NCBI RefSeq assembly: GCF_009914755.1
Contig: NC_060933.1
Reading direction: 5' to 3' (one strand)
From: the human T2T-CHM13v2.0 reference genome, Homo sapiens
DNA length: 64,000 nucleotides
A program made the position numbers and the translations under genes. Below the pieces are notes generated by a model. That model saw only the letters and a program-made list of their open reading frames with translations, had not been told where the DNA came from and ran no database searches. Positions 1-14,700 of the stretch are shown here, one piece after another (the first letter of the stretch is position 1; every line of letters starts with the position of its first letter).

Positions 1-869
1 GTAGTGGAATGGAATGGAATGGAATGGAATGAAATGGCATTAACCCGAATACAATGGAATGGAATGGAATGGAACGGAATGGAGTGGAATGGAATGGAAT
101 CAACCCGAGTGCAGGGGAATGGAATGGAATGGAATGCAATGGAATGGAATCATCCGGAATGGAATGGAATGGAATGGAATGCAAAGCAATTTAATCAACT
201 CGATTGCAATGGAATGGAATGGAATGGAAAGGAATACATTGGAATCAACCCGAGTGGAATGGAATGGAAAGGACTGGAATGGAGTGGAATGGAATGGAAT
301 GGAATGGAATGGAATCAACTCGATTGGAATGGAATGGAATGGAATGGAATGGAATGGAATGGAATGGAATTAACCCGAATAGAATGGAATGGAATGGAAT
401 GGAACGGAATGGAATGGAATGGAATGGAATGGAATGGAATCAACTCGACTGCAGGGGAATGGAATGGAATGGAATGCAATGGAATGGATTCAACTTGAAT
501 GGAATTGAAAGAATGGAATCAACACGAGTGGAATGGCATGGATTGGAATGGAATTGAATGGAATCAACCCGAGTACAGGGGAATGGAATGGAATGAAATG
601 CAATGGAATGGAATCATCCGTAATGGAATGGAAAGGAATGCAATGGAATGGAATGGAATGGAATGGAATGGAATCAACTCGATTGCAATCGAATGGAATG
701 GAATGGAATTAACCCGAATAGAATGGAATGGAATGGAATGGAACGGAACGGAATGGAATGGAATGGAATGGAATGGAACGGAAAGGAAGGGAATGGAATG
801 GAATAGAATGGAATGGAATGGAATCAACGCGAGTGCAGGGGAATGGAATGGAATGGAATGCAATGGAAT

Positions 870-884
870 GGAATCTTCCGGAAT
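870..884. promoter_or_regulatory. Perfect three-unit heat-shock element consensus match (gGAAt-cTTCc-gGAAt); first of ~33 copies in the window
   Basis: Seen: GGAATCTTCCGGAAT = nGAAnnTTCnnGAAn. Established: this is the HSF trimer-binding consensus, and HSF1 binds and transcribes Sat III in nuclear stress bodies. Occupancy of this particular site is inference. Confidence 0.5.
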
Positions 885-3800
885 GGAATGGAATGGAATG
901 GAATGCAATGGAATGGAATCAACCCGAGTGCAATGGAATGGAGTGGAATGGAATGGAATGGAATGGAACAACCCGAATGGAATGGAATGTAATGGAGAGT
1001 AAGGGAGTTGAATAGAATCAATCCGAATGGAATGGAATGGAATGGAACGGAATGGAATTGAATGGAATGGAATGGAATGCAATGGAATGGAATCAACCCG
1101 AGTGCAATGGAATGGAGAGGAATGGAATGGAATGGAATGGAAACTACCCGAATGGAATGAAATGTAATGGAGTGTAAGGGAATTGAATAGAATCAATCCG
1201 AATGTAATGGAATGGAATGGAACGGAATGGAATGGAATGGAATGGAATGGAATGGAATGGAATGGAATGCAATGGAATGGAATCAACCCGAGTGCAATCG
1301 AATGGAATCGAATAGAATGGAATGCAATGGAATGGATTCAACTTGAATGGAATGGAAAGAATGGAATAAACACGAGTGGAATGGCATGGATTGGAATGGA
1401 ATGGAATGGAATCAACCAGAGTACAGGGGAATGTATTGGAATGCAATGCAATGGAATGGAAGCATCCGTAGTGGAATGGAAATGAATGGAATGGAATGGA
1501 ATGGAATGGAATCAACTCGATTGCAATCGAATGGAATGGAATGGAATTAACCTGAATAGAATGGAATGGAATGGAATGGAACGGAACGGAATGGAATGGA
1601 ATGGAATGGAATGGAATGGAACCGAACGGAACGGAATGGAATGGAATGGAATGGAATGGAATGGAATCAACGCGAGTGCAGGGGAATGGAATGGAATGGA
1701 ATGCAATGGAATGGAATCTTCCGGAATGGAATGGAATGGAATGGAATGCAATGGATTCAACATGATTGCAATGGAATGGAATAGAATGGAATGGAATGGA
1801 ATGGAATGGAATGGAATGGAATGGAATGGAATTAACCCGAATAGAATGGAATGGAATGGAACGGAATGGAACGGAACGGAATGGAATGGAATGGAATGGA
1901 ATGGAATGGAATGGAATGGTATGGAATGGAATGGAATGGAATGGAATCAACGCGAGTGCAGGGGAATGTAATGGAAAGGAATGCAATGGAATGGAATCAT
2001 CCGGAATGGAATGGAATGGAATGGAATCAACCCGAGTGCAATGGAATGGAGTGGAATGGAATGGAATGGAATGGAACAACCCGAATGGAATGGAATGTAA
2101 TGGAGAGTAAGGGAGTTGAATAGAATCAATCCGAATGTAATGGAATGGAATGGAACGGAATGGAATGGAATGGAATGGAATGGAATGCGATGGAATGGAA
2201 TCAACCCGAATACAATGGAATGGAATGGAATGGAATGGAATGGAATGGAATGGAATGGAATGGAGTGGAATTGAATGGAATGGAATGGCTTCAAACCGAA
2301 TGGAAGGGAAAGGAATGGAATCAACACGATTGGAATGGAATGGAATGGAATGGAATGGAATGGAATGGAATGGTACGGAATAGAATGGAATTGAACGAAA
2401 TGGAATGGAATGGAATGGAATGGAATGGAATGGAATGGAATGGAATGGAATGGATTCAACTCGAAAGGAATCAACTCGATTCCAAAGGAATGGAATGGAA
2501 TGGAAAGGAATAGAATGGAATCAACCCGAGTGGCATGGAATGGAAAGGCTTGGAATGGATTGGAATGGAATGGAATGGAATGGAATCAAAGCGATTGGAA
2601 TGGAATGGAATGGAATGGAATGGAATCAACTCGATTGCAATGGAATGGAATGGAATGGAATTTTAATGGAATGGAATGGAATTAACACGAATAGAATGGA
2701 ATGGAATGGAATGGAACGGAATGTAATGGAATGAAATGGAATGGAATCAACCCGAGTGCAGGGGAATGGAATGGAATGGAATGCAATGGAATGCAATCAT
2801 CCGGAATGGAATGGAATGGAATGGAATGGAATGGAATGGAATGGAATCAACTCGATTGCAATGGAGTGGAATGGAATGGAAACGAATGGAAGGGAATGGA
2901 ATGGAATGTAATCAACCCGAGTGCAGGGGAATGGAATGGAATGGAATGCAATGGAATGGAATCATCCGGAATGGAATGGAATGGAATGGAATGCAATCAA
3001 CCCAATGCAATGGAATGGAGTGGAATGGAATGGAATGGAATGGAATGGAAACATCCCGAATGGAATGGAATGTAATGGAGTGTAAGGGAATTGAATAGAA
3101 TCAATCCGAATGTAATGGAATGGAATGGAATGGAATGGAATGGAGTGGAATGGAATGGAATCAACCCGAGTGCAATGGAATGGATTCGAATGGAATGGAA
3201 TGGAATGGAATGGATTCAACAAGAATGGAATGGAAAGGAATGGAATCAACCCGAGTGTAATGGCATGGAATGGAATGGAATGGAATGGAATGGGATAGAA
3301 TGGAATTTTACGGAATAGAATGGAATGGAATGAAATGGAATGGAATGGAATTTAATGGAATGGAATGGAATGAACCTGTGTGCAATGTAATGGAATGGAA
3401 TGGAATGGAATGGATTCAACTCGAATGGAATCAACTCGATTGCAATGGAATGGAATGGAATGGAAAGGAATAGAATGGAATCAACCCGAGTGGAATGGAA
3501 TGGAAACGACTGGAATGGAGTGGAATGGAATGGAATGGAATTAACCCGAATAGAATGGAATGGAATGGAACGGAATTTAATGGAATGAAATGGAATGGAT
3601 TCAACCCGAGTGCAGGGGAATGGAATGGAATGGAATCAACTCGATTTCAATGGAATGGAATGGAATAGAATGGAATGGAATTAACACGAATAGAATGGAA
3701 TGGAATTGAATGGAATGGAATGGAACGGAAAGGAATGCAATGGAATGGAATGGAATCAACCCAAGTGCAGGGGAATGGAATGGAATGGAATTCAATGGAA

Positions 3801-6800
3801 TGGAATCATCCGGAATGGAATGGAATGGAATGGAATGGAATGGAATGGAATCAACCCGAGTGCAATGGAATGGAGAGGAATGGAATGGAATGGAATGGAA
3901 ACTACCCGAATGGAATGGAATGTAATGGAGTGTAAGGGAATTGAATAGAATCAATCCGAAAGTAATGGAATGGAACGGAACGGAATGGAATGCAATGGAA
4001 TGGAATCAACCCGAGTGCAATCGAATGGAATCGAATGGAATGGAATGCAATTGAATGGATTCAACTTGAATGGAATGGAAAGAATGGAATCAACACGAGT
4101 GGAATGGCATGGAATGGAATGGAATGGATTGAAATAAACCCGAGTACAGGGGAATGGAATGGAATGGAATGCAATGGAATGGAATAATCCGTAATGTAAT
4201 GGAAAGGAATGGAATGGAATGGAATGGAATGGAATGGAATGGAATGGAATGGAATCAACTCGATTGTAATGGATTGGAATGGAATGAAATGGAATGGAAT
4301 GGAATGGAATGGAATGGAATGGAATGGAATGGAATGGAATGGAATTAACCCGAATACAATGGAGTGGAATGGAATGGAACGGAATGGAGTGGAATGGAAT
4401 GGAATCAACCCGAGTGCAGGGGAATGGAATGGAATGGAATGCAATGGAATGGAATCATCCGGAATGGAATGGAATGGAATGGAATGCAAAGCAATGGAAT
4501 CAACTCGATTGCAATGGAATGGAATGGAATGGAAAGGAATACAATGGAATCAACCCGAGTGGAATGGAATGGAAAGGACTGGAATGGAGTGGAATGGAAT
4601 GGAATGGAATGGAATGGAATCAACTCGATTGGAATGGAATGGAATGGAATGGAATGGAATGGAATTAACCCGAATAGAATGGAATGGAATGGAACGGAAC
4701 GGAACGGAACGGAATGGAATGGAATAGAATGGAATGGAATAGAATGGAATCAACACGATTGGAATGGCATGGATTGGAATGGAATGGAATGGAATCAACC
4801 CGAGTACAGGGGAATGGAATGGAATGGAATGCAATGGAATGGAATCATCTGTAATGGAATGGAAAGGAATGGAATGGAATGGAATGGAACGGAATGGAAT
4901 GGAATGGAATGGAATCAACTCGATTGCAATCGAATGGAATGGAATGGAATTAACCCGAATAGAATGGAATGGAATGGAATGGAACGGAACGGAACGGAAT
5001 GGAATGGAATGGAATGGAATGGAACGGAAAGGAATGGAATGGAATGGAATGGAATGGAATGGAATGGAATCAACGCGAGTGCAGGGGAATGGAATGGAAT
5101 CGAACGGAATGGAATGGAATGGAATGGAATCAACCCGAGTGCAGGGGAATGTAATGGAACGGAATGCAATGGAATGGAATCATCCGGAATGGAATGGAAT
5201 GGAATGGAATGGAATCAACCCGAGTGCAATGAAATGGAGTGGAATGGAATGGAATGGAATGGAACAACCCGAATGGAATGGAATGTAATGGAGAGTAAGG
5301 GAGTTGAAAAGAATCAATCCGAAAGTAATGGAATGGAATGGAACGGAATGGAATGGCATGGAAAGGAATGGAATGGAATGGAATGGAATCAACCCGAGTG
5401 CAATGGAATGGAGAGGAATGGAATGGAATGGAATGGAACTGAAAAGAATAAACCCGAGTGCAGGGGAATGGAATGGAATGGAATGCAATGGAATGGAATC
5501 TTCCGGAATGGAATGGAATGGAATGGAATGGAATGCAATGGATTCAACTCGATTGCAATGGAATGGTATAGAATGGAATGGAATGGAATGGAATGGAATT
5601 AACCCGAATAGAATGGAATGGAATGGAATGGAACGGAACGGAACAGAACGGAATGGAACGGAATGGAACGGAATGGAATGGAATGGAATGGAATGGAATG
5701 GAATGGAATGGAATTGTATGGAATGGAATGGAATGGTATGGAATAGAATGGAATGGAAAGAATTGCAATGGAATGGAAACGAATGGAATGGAATGGAATG
5801 GAATGGAATCAACCCGAGTGTAGGGGAATGTAATGGAACGGAATGCAATGGAATGGAATCATCCGGAATGGAATGGAATGGATTGGAATGGAATGGAATG
5901 GAATGGAATGGAATGGAATGGAATCAACCCGAGTGCAATGGAATGGAGTGGAAAGGAATGGAATGGAATGGAACAACCCGAATGGAATGGAATGTAATGG
6001 AGAGTAAGGGAGTTGAATAGAAACAATCCGAATGTAACGGAATGGAACGGAATGGAATGGAATGGAATGGAATGGAATGGAATGCAATGGAATGGAATCA
6101 ATCCAAGTACAATGGAATGGAATGGAATGGAATGGAATGGAATGGAATGGAATGGAAAGAATGGAATGGAATCAACCCGAGTGCAATGGAATGGAGAGGA
6201 ATGGAATGGAATGGAAACTACCCGAATGGAATGGAATGTAATGGAGTGTAAGGGAATTGAATACAATCAATCCGAATGGAATGGAATGGAATGGAACGGA
6301 ATGTAATGGAATGGAATGGAATGGAATCAACCCGAGTGCAGGGGAATGGAATGGAATGGAATGCAATGGAATGGAATCATCCGGAATGGAATGGAATGGA
6401 ATGCAATGGAATGGAATGGAATGGAATCAACCCGAGTGCAATGGAATGGAGTGAAATGGAATGGAATGGAATGGAGACAACCAGAATGGATTGGAATATA
6501 ATGGAGTGTAAGGGAATTGAATAGAATCAATCTGAATGTAATGAAATGGAATGGAACGGAATGGAATGCAATGGAATGGAATGGAATGGAATGGAATGCA
6601 ATGGAATGGAATCAACCCGAGTACAGGGGAATGGAATGGAATGGAATGCAATGGAATGGAATCATCCGTAATGGAATGGAAAGGAATGGAATGGAATGGA
6701 ATGGAATGGAATGGAATGGAATGGAATCAACTCGATTGCAATCGAATGGAATGGAATGGAATTAACACGAATAGAATGGAATGGAATGGAATGGAACGGA

Positions 6801-9800
6801 ACGGAACGGAACGGAACGGAATGGAATGGAATGGAATGGAATGGAATGGAACGGAAAGGAATGGAATGGAACGGAATGGAATGGAAAGGAATGGAACGGA
6901 ACGGAATGGAATGGAATGGAATTGAATGGAATGGAATGGAATCAACCCAACTGCAGGGGAATGGAATGGAATGGAATGCAATGGAATGGAATCATGCGGA
7001 ACGGAATGCAATGGAATGGAATGGAATCAACACGAGTGCAATGGAATGGAATTGAATCAACACGAGTGCAATGGAATGGAGTGGAATGGAATGGAATGGA
7101 ATGGAATGGAACTACCCGAATGGAATGTAATGTAATGGAGAGTAAGGGAGTTGAATAGAATCAATCCGAAAGTAATGGAAAGGAATGGAAAGGAATGGAA
7201 TGGAATGGAATGGAATGCAATGGAATGGAATCAAACCGAGTACAATGGATTGGAATGGAATGGAATGGACTGGAATGGAATGGAATCAACACGAGTGCAA
7301 TGGAATGGAGTGGAATGGAATGGAATGGAATGGAACAAAGCGAATGGAATGGAATGTAATGGAGAGTAAGGGAGTTGAATAGAAACAATCCGAATGTAAT
7401 GGAATGGAACGGAATGGAATGGAATGGAATGGAGTGTAAGGGAATTGAATAGAATCAATCCAAATGGAATGGAATGGAATGGAACGGAATGTAAAGAATG
7501 GAATGGAATGGAATCAACGCGAGTGCAGGGGAATGGAATGGAATGGAATGCAACGGAATGGAATCATCAGGAATGGAATGGAATGGAATGCAATGGAATG
7601 GAATGGAATGGAATCAACCCGAGTGCAATGGAATGGAGTGAAATGGAATGGAATGGAATGGAAACAACCAGAATGGATTGGAATATAATGGAGTGTAAGT
7701 GAATTGAATAGAATCAATCTGAATGTAATGAAATGGAATGGAACGGAATGGAATGGAATGGAATGGAATGGAAAGCAATGGAATGGAATCAACCCGAGTG
7801 CAATCGAATGGAATCGAATGGAATGGAATGCAATGTAATGGATTCAACTTGAATGGAATGGAAAGAATGGAATCAACACGAGTGGAATGGCATGAATTGG
7901 AATGGAATGGAATGGAATCAACCCGAGTACAGGGGAATGGAATGGAATGGAATGCAATGGAATGGAATCATCCGTAATGGAATGGAAAGGAATGGAATGG
8001 AATGGAATGGAATGGAATGGAATGGAATCAACTCGATTGCAATCGAATGGAATGGAATGGAATTAACCCGAATAGAATGGAATGGAATGGAATGGAACGG
8101 AACGGAACGGAACGGAACGGAATGGAATGCAATGGAATGGAATGGAATGGAACGGAAAGGAATGGAATGGAATGGAATGGAATGGAATGGAATGGAATGG
8201 AATGGAATCAACCCGACTGCAGGGGAATGGAATGGAATGGAATGCAAAGGAATGGATTCAACTTGAATGGAATGGAAAGAATGGAATCAACACGAGTGGA
8301 ATGGCATGGATTGGAATGGAATGGAATGGAATCAACCCGAGTACAGGGGAATGGAATGGAATGGATTGCAATGGAATGGAATCATCCGTAATGGAATGGA
8401 AAGGAATGGAATGGAATGGAATGGAATGGAATGGAATGGAATGGAATGGAATGGAATCAACTCGGTTCCAATCGAATGGAATGGAAAGGAAATAACCCGA
8501 ATAGAATGGAATGGAATGGAATGGAACGGAACGGAACGGAACGGAACGGAATGGAATGGAATGGAATGGAATGGAATGGAATGCAATGGAATGGAATGGA
8601 ATGGAATGGAATGAAATGCAATGGATTCAACTCGATTGAAATGGAATGGAATAGAATGGAATGGAATGGAATGGAATGGAATTAACCCGAATAGAATGGA
8701 ATGGAATGTAATGGAATGGAACGGAATGGAACGGAATGGAATGGAATGGAATGGAATGGAATGGAATGGTATGGAATGGAATGGAATGGTACGGAATAGA
8801 ATGGAATGGAAGGAATTGTAATGGAATGGAATTGAATGGAATGGAATGGAATGGAATGGAATCAACGCGAGTGCATGGCAATGTAATGGAACGGAATGCA
8901 ATGGAATGGAAACATCCGGAATTGAATGGAATGGAATGGAATGGAATGGAATCAACCCGAGTGCAATGGAATGGAGTGGAATGGAATGGAATGCAATGGA
9001 ACAACCCGAATGGAATGGAATGTAATGGAGAGTAAGGGAGTTGAATAGAATCAATCCGAATGTAATGGAATGGAATGCAACGGAATGGAATGGAATGGAA
9101 TGCAATGGAATGGAATCAACCCGAGTACAATGGAATGGAATGGAATGGAATGGAATGGAATGGAATGGAATGGAATGGAATTGAATGGAATGGAATGCCT
9201 TCATACCGAATGGAATGGAAAGGAATGGAATCAACACGAGTGGAATGGAATGGAATGGAATGGAATGGAATGGAATGCAATGGAATGGTACGGAATAGAA
9301 TGGAATGGAACGAAATGGAATGGAATGGAATGGAATAGAACGGAATGGAATTGAATGGAATGGAATGGAATGGAATCGTTCCGAGTGGAATAGGAGGGAA
9401 TGTATTCGAGTGGAATGGAAAGGAATGGAATCAACCAGAGTGGAATGGAAGGGAATGGAAAGGAATGGAAACTAATAGAATGGAATCAACCTGAGTGGAA
9501 TGGAATGCAAAGGACTGGAATGGAATTGCATGGAATCGAATGGAATCAACTCGATTGTAATGGATTGGAATGGAATGGAATGGAATGGAATGGAATTAAC
9601 CGGAATACAATGGAATGGAATGGAATGGAACGGATTGGAGTGGAATGGAATGGAATCAACCCGAGTGCAGGGGAATGGAATGTAATGGAATGCAATGGAA
9701 TGAAATCATCCGGAATGGAATGGAATGGAATGGAATGCAAAGCAATGGAATGAACTCGATTGAAAAGGAATGGATTGGAATGGAAAGGAATACAATGGAA

Positions 9801-11789
9801 TCAACCCGAGTGGAATGGAATGGAAAGGACTGGAATGGAGTGGAATGAAATAGAATGGAATGGAATGGAATCAACTCGATCGGAATGGAATGGAATGGAA
9901 TGGAATGGAATGGAATGGAATTAACTCAAATAGAATGGAATGGAATGGAACGGAACGGAACGGAACGGAATGGAATGGAATGGAATGGAATGGAATTAAC
10001 CCGAGTACAGGGGAATGGAATGGAATAGAATGCAATGGAATGGAATCATCCGTAATGGAATGGAAAGGAATGGAATGGAATGGAATGGAATGGAATGGAA
10101 TGGAATGGAATCAACGCGAGTCAGGGGAATAGAATGGAATCGAATGGAATGGAATGGAATGGAATGGAATCAACCCGAGTGCAGGGGAATGTAATGGAAC
10201 GGAATGCAATGGAATGAAATCATCCGAAATGGAATGGAATGGAATGGAATGGAATCAACCCGAGTGCAATTGAATGGAGTGGAATGGAATGGAATGGAAT
10301 GGAACAACCCGAATGGAATGGAATGTAATGGAGAGTAAAGGAGTTGAAAAGAATCAATCCGAAAGTAATGGAATGGAATGGAACGGAATGGAATGGAATG
10401 GAATGGAATGGAATGGAATGGAATCAACTCGATTGCATTCGAATGGAATGGAATGGAATTAACCCAAATAGAATGGAATGGAATGGAATGGAACGGAATG
10501 GAACGGAACGGAATGGAATGGAATGGAATGGAATGGAATGGAATGGAATGGAATGGAACGGAACGGAATTGAATGGAATGGAATGGATTGGAAGTGAAAA
10601 GAATAAACGCGAGTGCAGGGGAATGGAATGGAATGGAATGCAATGGAATGGAATCTTCCGGAATGGAATGGAATGGAATGGAATGGAATGGAATGGAATG
10701 CAATGGATTCAACTCGATTGCAATGGAATGGAATAGAATGGAATGGAATGGAATGGAATGGAATGGAATTAACCCGAATAGAATGGAATGGAATGGAGTG
10801 GAAACTACCCGAATGGAATGGAATGCAATGGAATGGAATCAACCCGAGTGCAATGGAATGGAGAGAAATGGAATGGAATGGAGTGGAAAGTACCCGAATG
10901 GAATGGAATGTAATGGAGTGTAAGGGAATTGAATAGAATCAATCCGAATGTAATGGAAAGGAATGGAACGGAATGGAATGGAATGGGATGGAATGGAATG
11001 GAATGGAAAGGAATGCAATGGAATGGAATCAACCCGAGTGCAATCGAATGGAATCGAATGGAATGGAATGCAATGGAATGGAATCAACTCGATTGCAATC
11101 GAATGGCATGGAATGGAATTAACCCGAATAGAATGGAATGGAATGGAATGGAACGGAATGGAATGGAATGGAATGGAATGGAATGGAATGGAACGGAACG
11201 GAATGGAATGGAATGGAATGGAATGGAATCAACGCGAGTGCAGGGGAATGGAATGGAATGGAATGCAATGCAATGGAATGGAATGGGATCAACGCGAGTG
11301 CAGGGGAATGGAATGGAATGGAATGCAATGGATTGGAATCTTCCGGAATGGAATGGAATGGAATGGAATGGAATGAAATGCAATGGATTCAACTCGATTG
11401 CAATGGAATGGAATAGAATGGAATGGAATGGAATGGAATGGAAGGAACCCGAATAGAATGGAATGGAATGCAATGGAACGGAATGGACCGGAATGGAATG
11501 GAATGGAATGGAATGGAATGGTATGGAATGGAATGGAATGGTACGGAATAGAATGGAATGTAACGAATTGTAATGGAATGGAATAGAATGGAATGGAATG
11601 GAATGGAATGGAATTAACCCGAATAGAATGGAATGGAATGGAACGGAATGGAACGGAATGGAATGGAATGGAATGGAATGGAATGGAATGGAATGGTATG
11701 GAATGGAATAGAATGGTACGGAATAGAATGGAATGGAACGAATTGTAATGGAATGGAATTGAATGGAATGGAATGGAATGGAATGGAAT

Positions 11790-14700
11790 CAACGCGAGTG
11801 CAGGGGAATGTAATGGAACGGAATGCAATGGAATGGAATCATCCGGAGTGGAATGGAATGGAATGGAATGGAATGGAATGGAATGGAATCAACCCGAGTG
11901 CAATGGAATGGAGTGGAAAGGAATGGAATGGAATGGAAGAACCCGAATGGAATGGAATGTAATGGACAGTAAGGGAGTTGAATAGAATCAATCCGAATGT
12001 AATGGAATGGAATGCAACGGAATGGAATGGAATGGAATGGAATGGAATGGAATGGAATGGAATGCAAAGGAATGGAATCAACCCGAGTGGAATGGCATGG
12101 AATGGAATGCAATGGAATGGAATGGAATGGAATCAACTCGAGTGGAAAGGAATGGAATGGAATGGAAAGGAATGGAATGAAGTCAACTCCAGTGGAATGG
12201 AATGGAATGGAATGGATTGGAATGGATTGCAATGGAATGAAATGGAATGGAATGGAATGGAATCAATCATTCCGAGTGGAATGGAAGGGAATGTAATGGA
12301 GTGGAAAGAAGGGAATGGAATCAACCCGAGTGGAATGCAAGGCAATGGAATGGAATGGAAAGGAATGGAAAGCAATCAACTCGATTGCAATGGAATGGAA
12401 TGGAATGGAATGGAATGGAATGGAATTAAGCGGAATAGAATGGAATGGAATGGAATGGAACGGAATGGAAAGAACACGAGTGCAGGGGAATGGAATGGAA
12501 TGGAATGCAATGGAATGGAATCATCCGGAATGGAATGGAATGGAATGGAATAAACTCCATTGCAATGGAATGGAATGGAATGGAATGGAATAGAATGGAA
12601 TGGAATTAACCCGAATAGAATGGAATGCAATAGAATGGAATGCAACGGAACCGAATGGAGTGGAACGGAATGGAATGGAATCAACCCGAGTACAGGGGAA
12701 TGGAATGGAATGGAATGCAATGGAATGGAGTCATCCGTAATGGAATGGAAAGGAATGGAATGGAATGGAATGGAATGGAATGGAATGGAATGGAATGGAA
12801 TCAACTCGATGGCAATGGAATGGAATGGAATGGAATTAACCCGAATAGAATGGAATGGAATGGAATGGAACGGAACGGAATGGAATGGAATGGAATGGAA
12901 TGGAATGGAACGGAACGGAATGGAATGGAATGGAATGGAATGGAATCAACGCGAGTGCAGGGGAATGGAATGGATTGGAATGTAATGGAATGGAATCATC
13001 CGGAATGGAATGGAATGGAATGGAATGGAATGAAAGGCAATGGATTCAACTCGATTGCAATGGAATGGAATACAATGGAATGGAATGGAATGGAATGGAA
13101 TTGAATGGAATGGAATGCCTTCAAACCGAATGGAATGGAAAGGAATGGAATCAACACGAGTGGAAAGGAATGGAATGGAAAGGAATGGAATGGAATGGAA
13201 TGGTACGGAATAGAATGGAATGGAACGAACTGGAATGGAATGGAATGGAATGGAATCGTTCCGAGTGGAATAGGAGGGAATGTATTCGAGTGGAATGGAA
13301 AGGAATGGAATCAACCAGAGTGGAATGGAAGGGAATGGAATGGAATGGAAACTAATAGAACGGAATCAAGCCGAGTGGAATGGAATGGAAAGGACTGGAA
13401 TGGAATGGAATGGAATGGAATCAACTCGATTGTAATGGAATGGAATGGAATGGAATGGAATGGAATGGAATGGAATGGAATTCACCCGAATAAAATGGAA
13501 TGGAATGGAATGGAAGGGAATGGAGTGGAATGGAATGGAATCAACCCGAGTGCAGGGGAATGGAATGGAATGGAATGCAATGGAATGGAATCATCCGGAA
13601 TGGAATGGAATGGAACGGAATGGAATGGAATGGAATGGTATCAACCCGAGTGCAGGGGAATGTAATGGAACGGAATGCAATGGAATGGAATCATCCGAAA
13701 TGGAATGGAATGGAATGGAATGGAATGGAATCAACCCGAGTGCAATGGAATGGAGTGGAATGGAATGGAATGGAATGGCACAACCCGAATGGAATGGAAT
13801 GTAATGGAGAGTAAGGGAGTTGAATAGAATCAATCCGAATGTAATGGAATGGAATGCAACGGAATGGAATGGAATGGAATGCAATGGAATGGAATGGAAT
13901 GGAATGCAAAGGAATGGAATCAACCCGAGTGGAATGACATGGAATGGAATGCAATGGATTGGAATGGAATGGAATCAACTCGAGTGGAAAGGAATGGAAT
14001 GGAATGGAATGGAAAGGAATGGAATGAAGTCAACTCGAGTGGAATGGAATGGAACGGAATGGATTGGAATGGATTGCAATGGAATGAAATGGAATGGAAT
14101 GGAATGGAATCAATCATTCCGAGTGGAATGGAAGGGAATGTAATGGAGTTGAAAGAAGGGAATGGAATCAACCCGAGTGGAATGCAAGGCAATGGACTGG
14201 AATGGAAAGGAATGGAATGGAATCAACTCGATTGCAATGGAATGGAATGGAATGGAATGGAATGGAATGGAATTAATCGGAATAGAATGGAATGGAATGG
14301 AATGAAATGGAAGGGAATGGAATCAACACGAGTGCAGGGGAATGGAATGGAATGGAATGCAATGGAATGGAATAATCCGGAATGGAATGGAATGGAATGG
14401 AATCAACTCCATTGCAATGGAATGGAATGGAATGGAATGGAATAGAATGGAATGGAATTAACCCGAATAGAATGGAATGCAATAGAATGGAATGCAACGG
14501 AACCGAATGGAGTGGAATGGAATGGAATGGAATCAACCCGAGTACAGGGGAATGGAATGGAATGGAATGCAATGGAATGGAGTCATCCGTAATGGAATGG
14601 AAAGGAATGGAATGGAATGGAATGGAATGGAATGGAATGGAATCAACTCGATGGCAATCGAATGGAATGGAATGGAATTAACCCGAATAGAATGGAATGG

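Noticed and set aside
111-120. GCAGGGGAAT G-tracts or GG repeats as canonical G-quadruplexes
   Set aside because: The GGG(G) tracts are isolated, tens to hundreds of bp apart, and do not meet the four-tract G3+ pattern. (TGGAA)n is known to favour hairpins instead.
995-1010. TAAGGG in GAGTAAGGGAGTT / GTGTAAGGGAATT resembling a telomeric hexamer
   Set aside because: Isolated single hexamers that fit the pentamer register (GTAAG-GGAGT); there is no tandem TTAGGG.
9372-9415. CGTTCC, GTATTCG, GCCTTC and GAATTC words as additional heat-shock elements; AGGAGG as a Shine-Dalgarno site
   Set aside because: Their TTC is out of phase with the flanking nGAAn units, so they do not fit nGAAnnTTCn. AGGAGG is a chance product of the variant pentamer AGGAG plus GGAAT in non-bacterial DNA.
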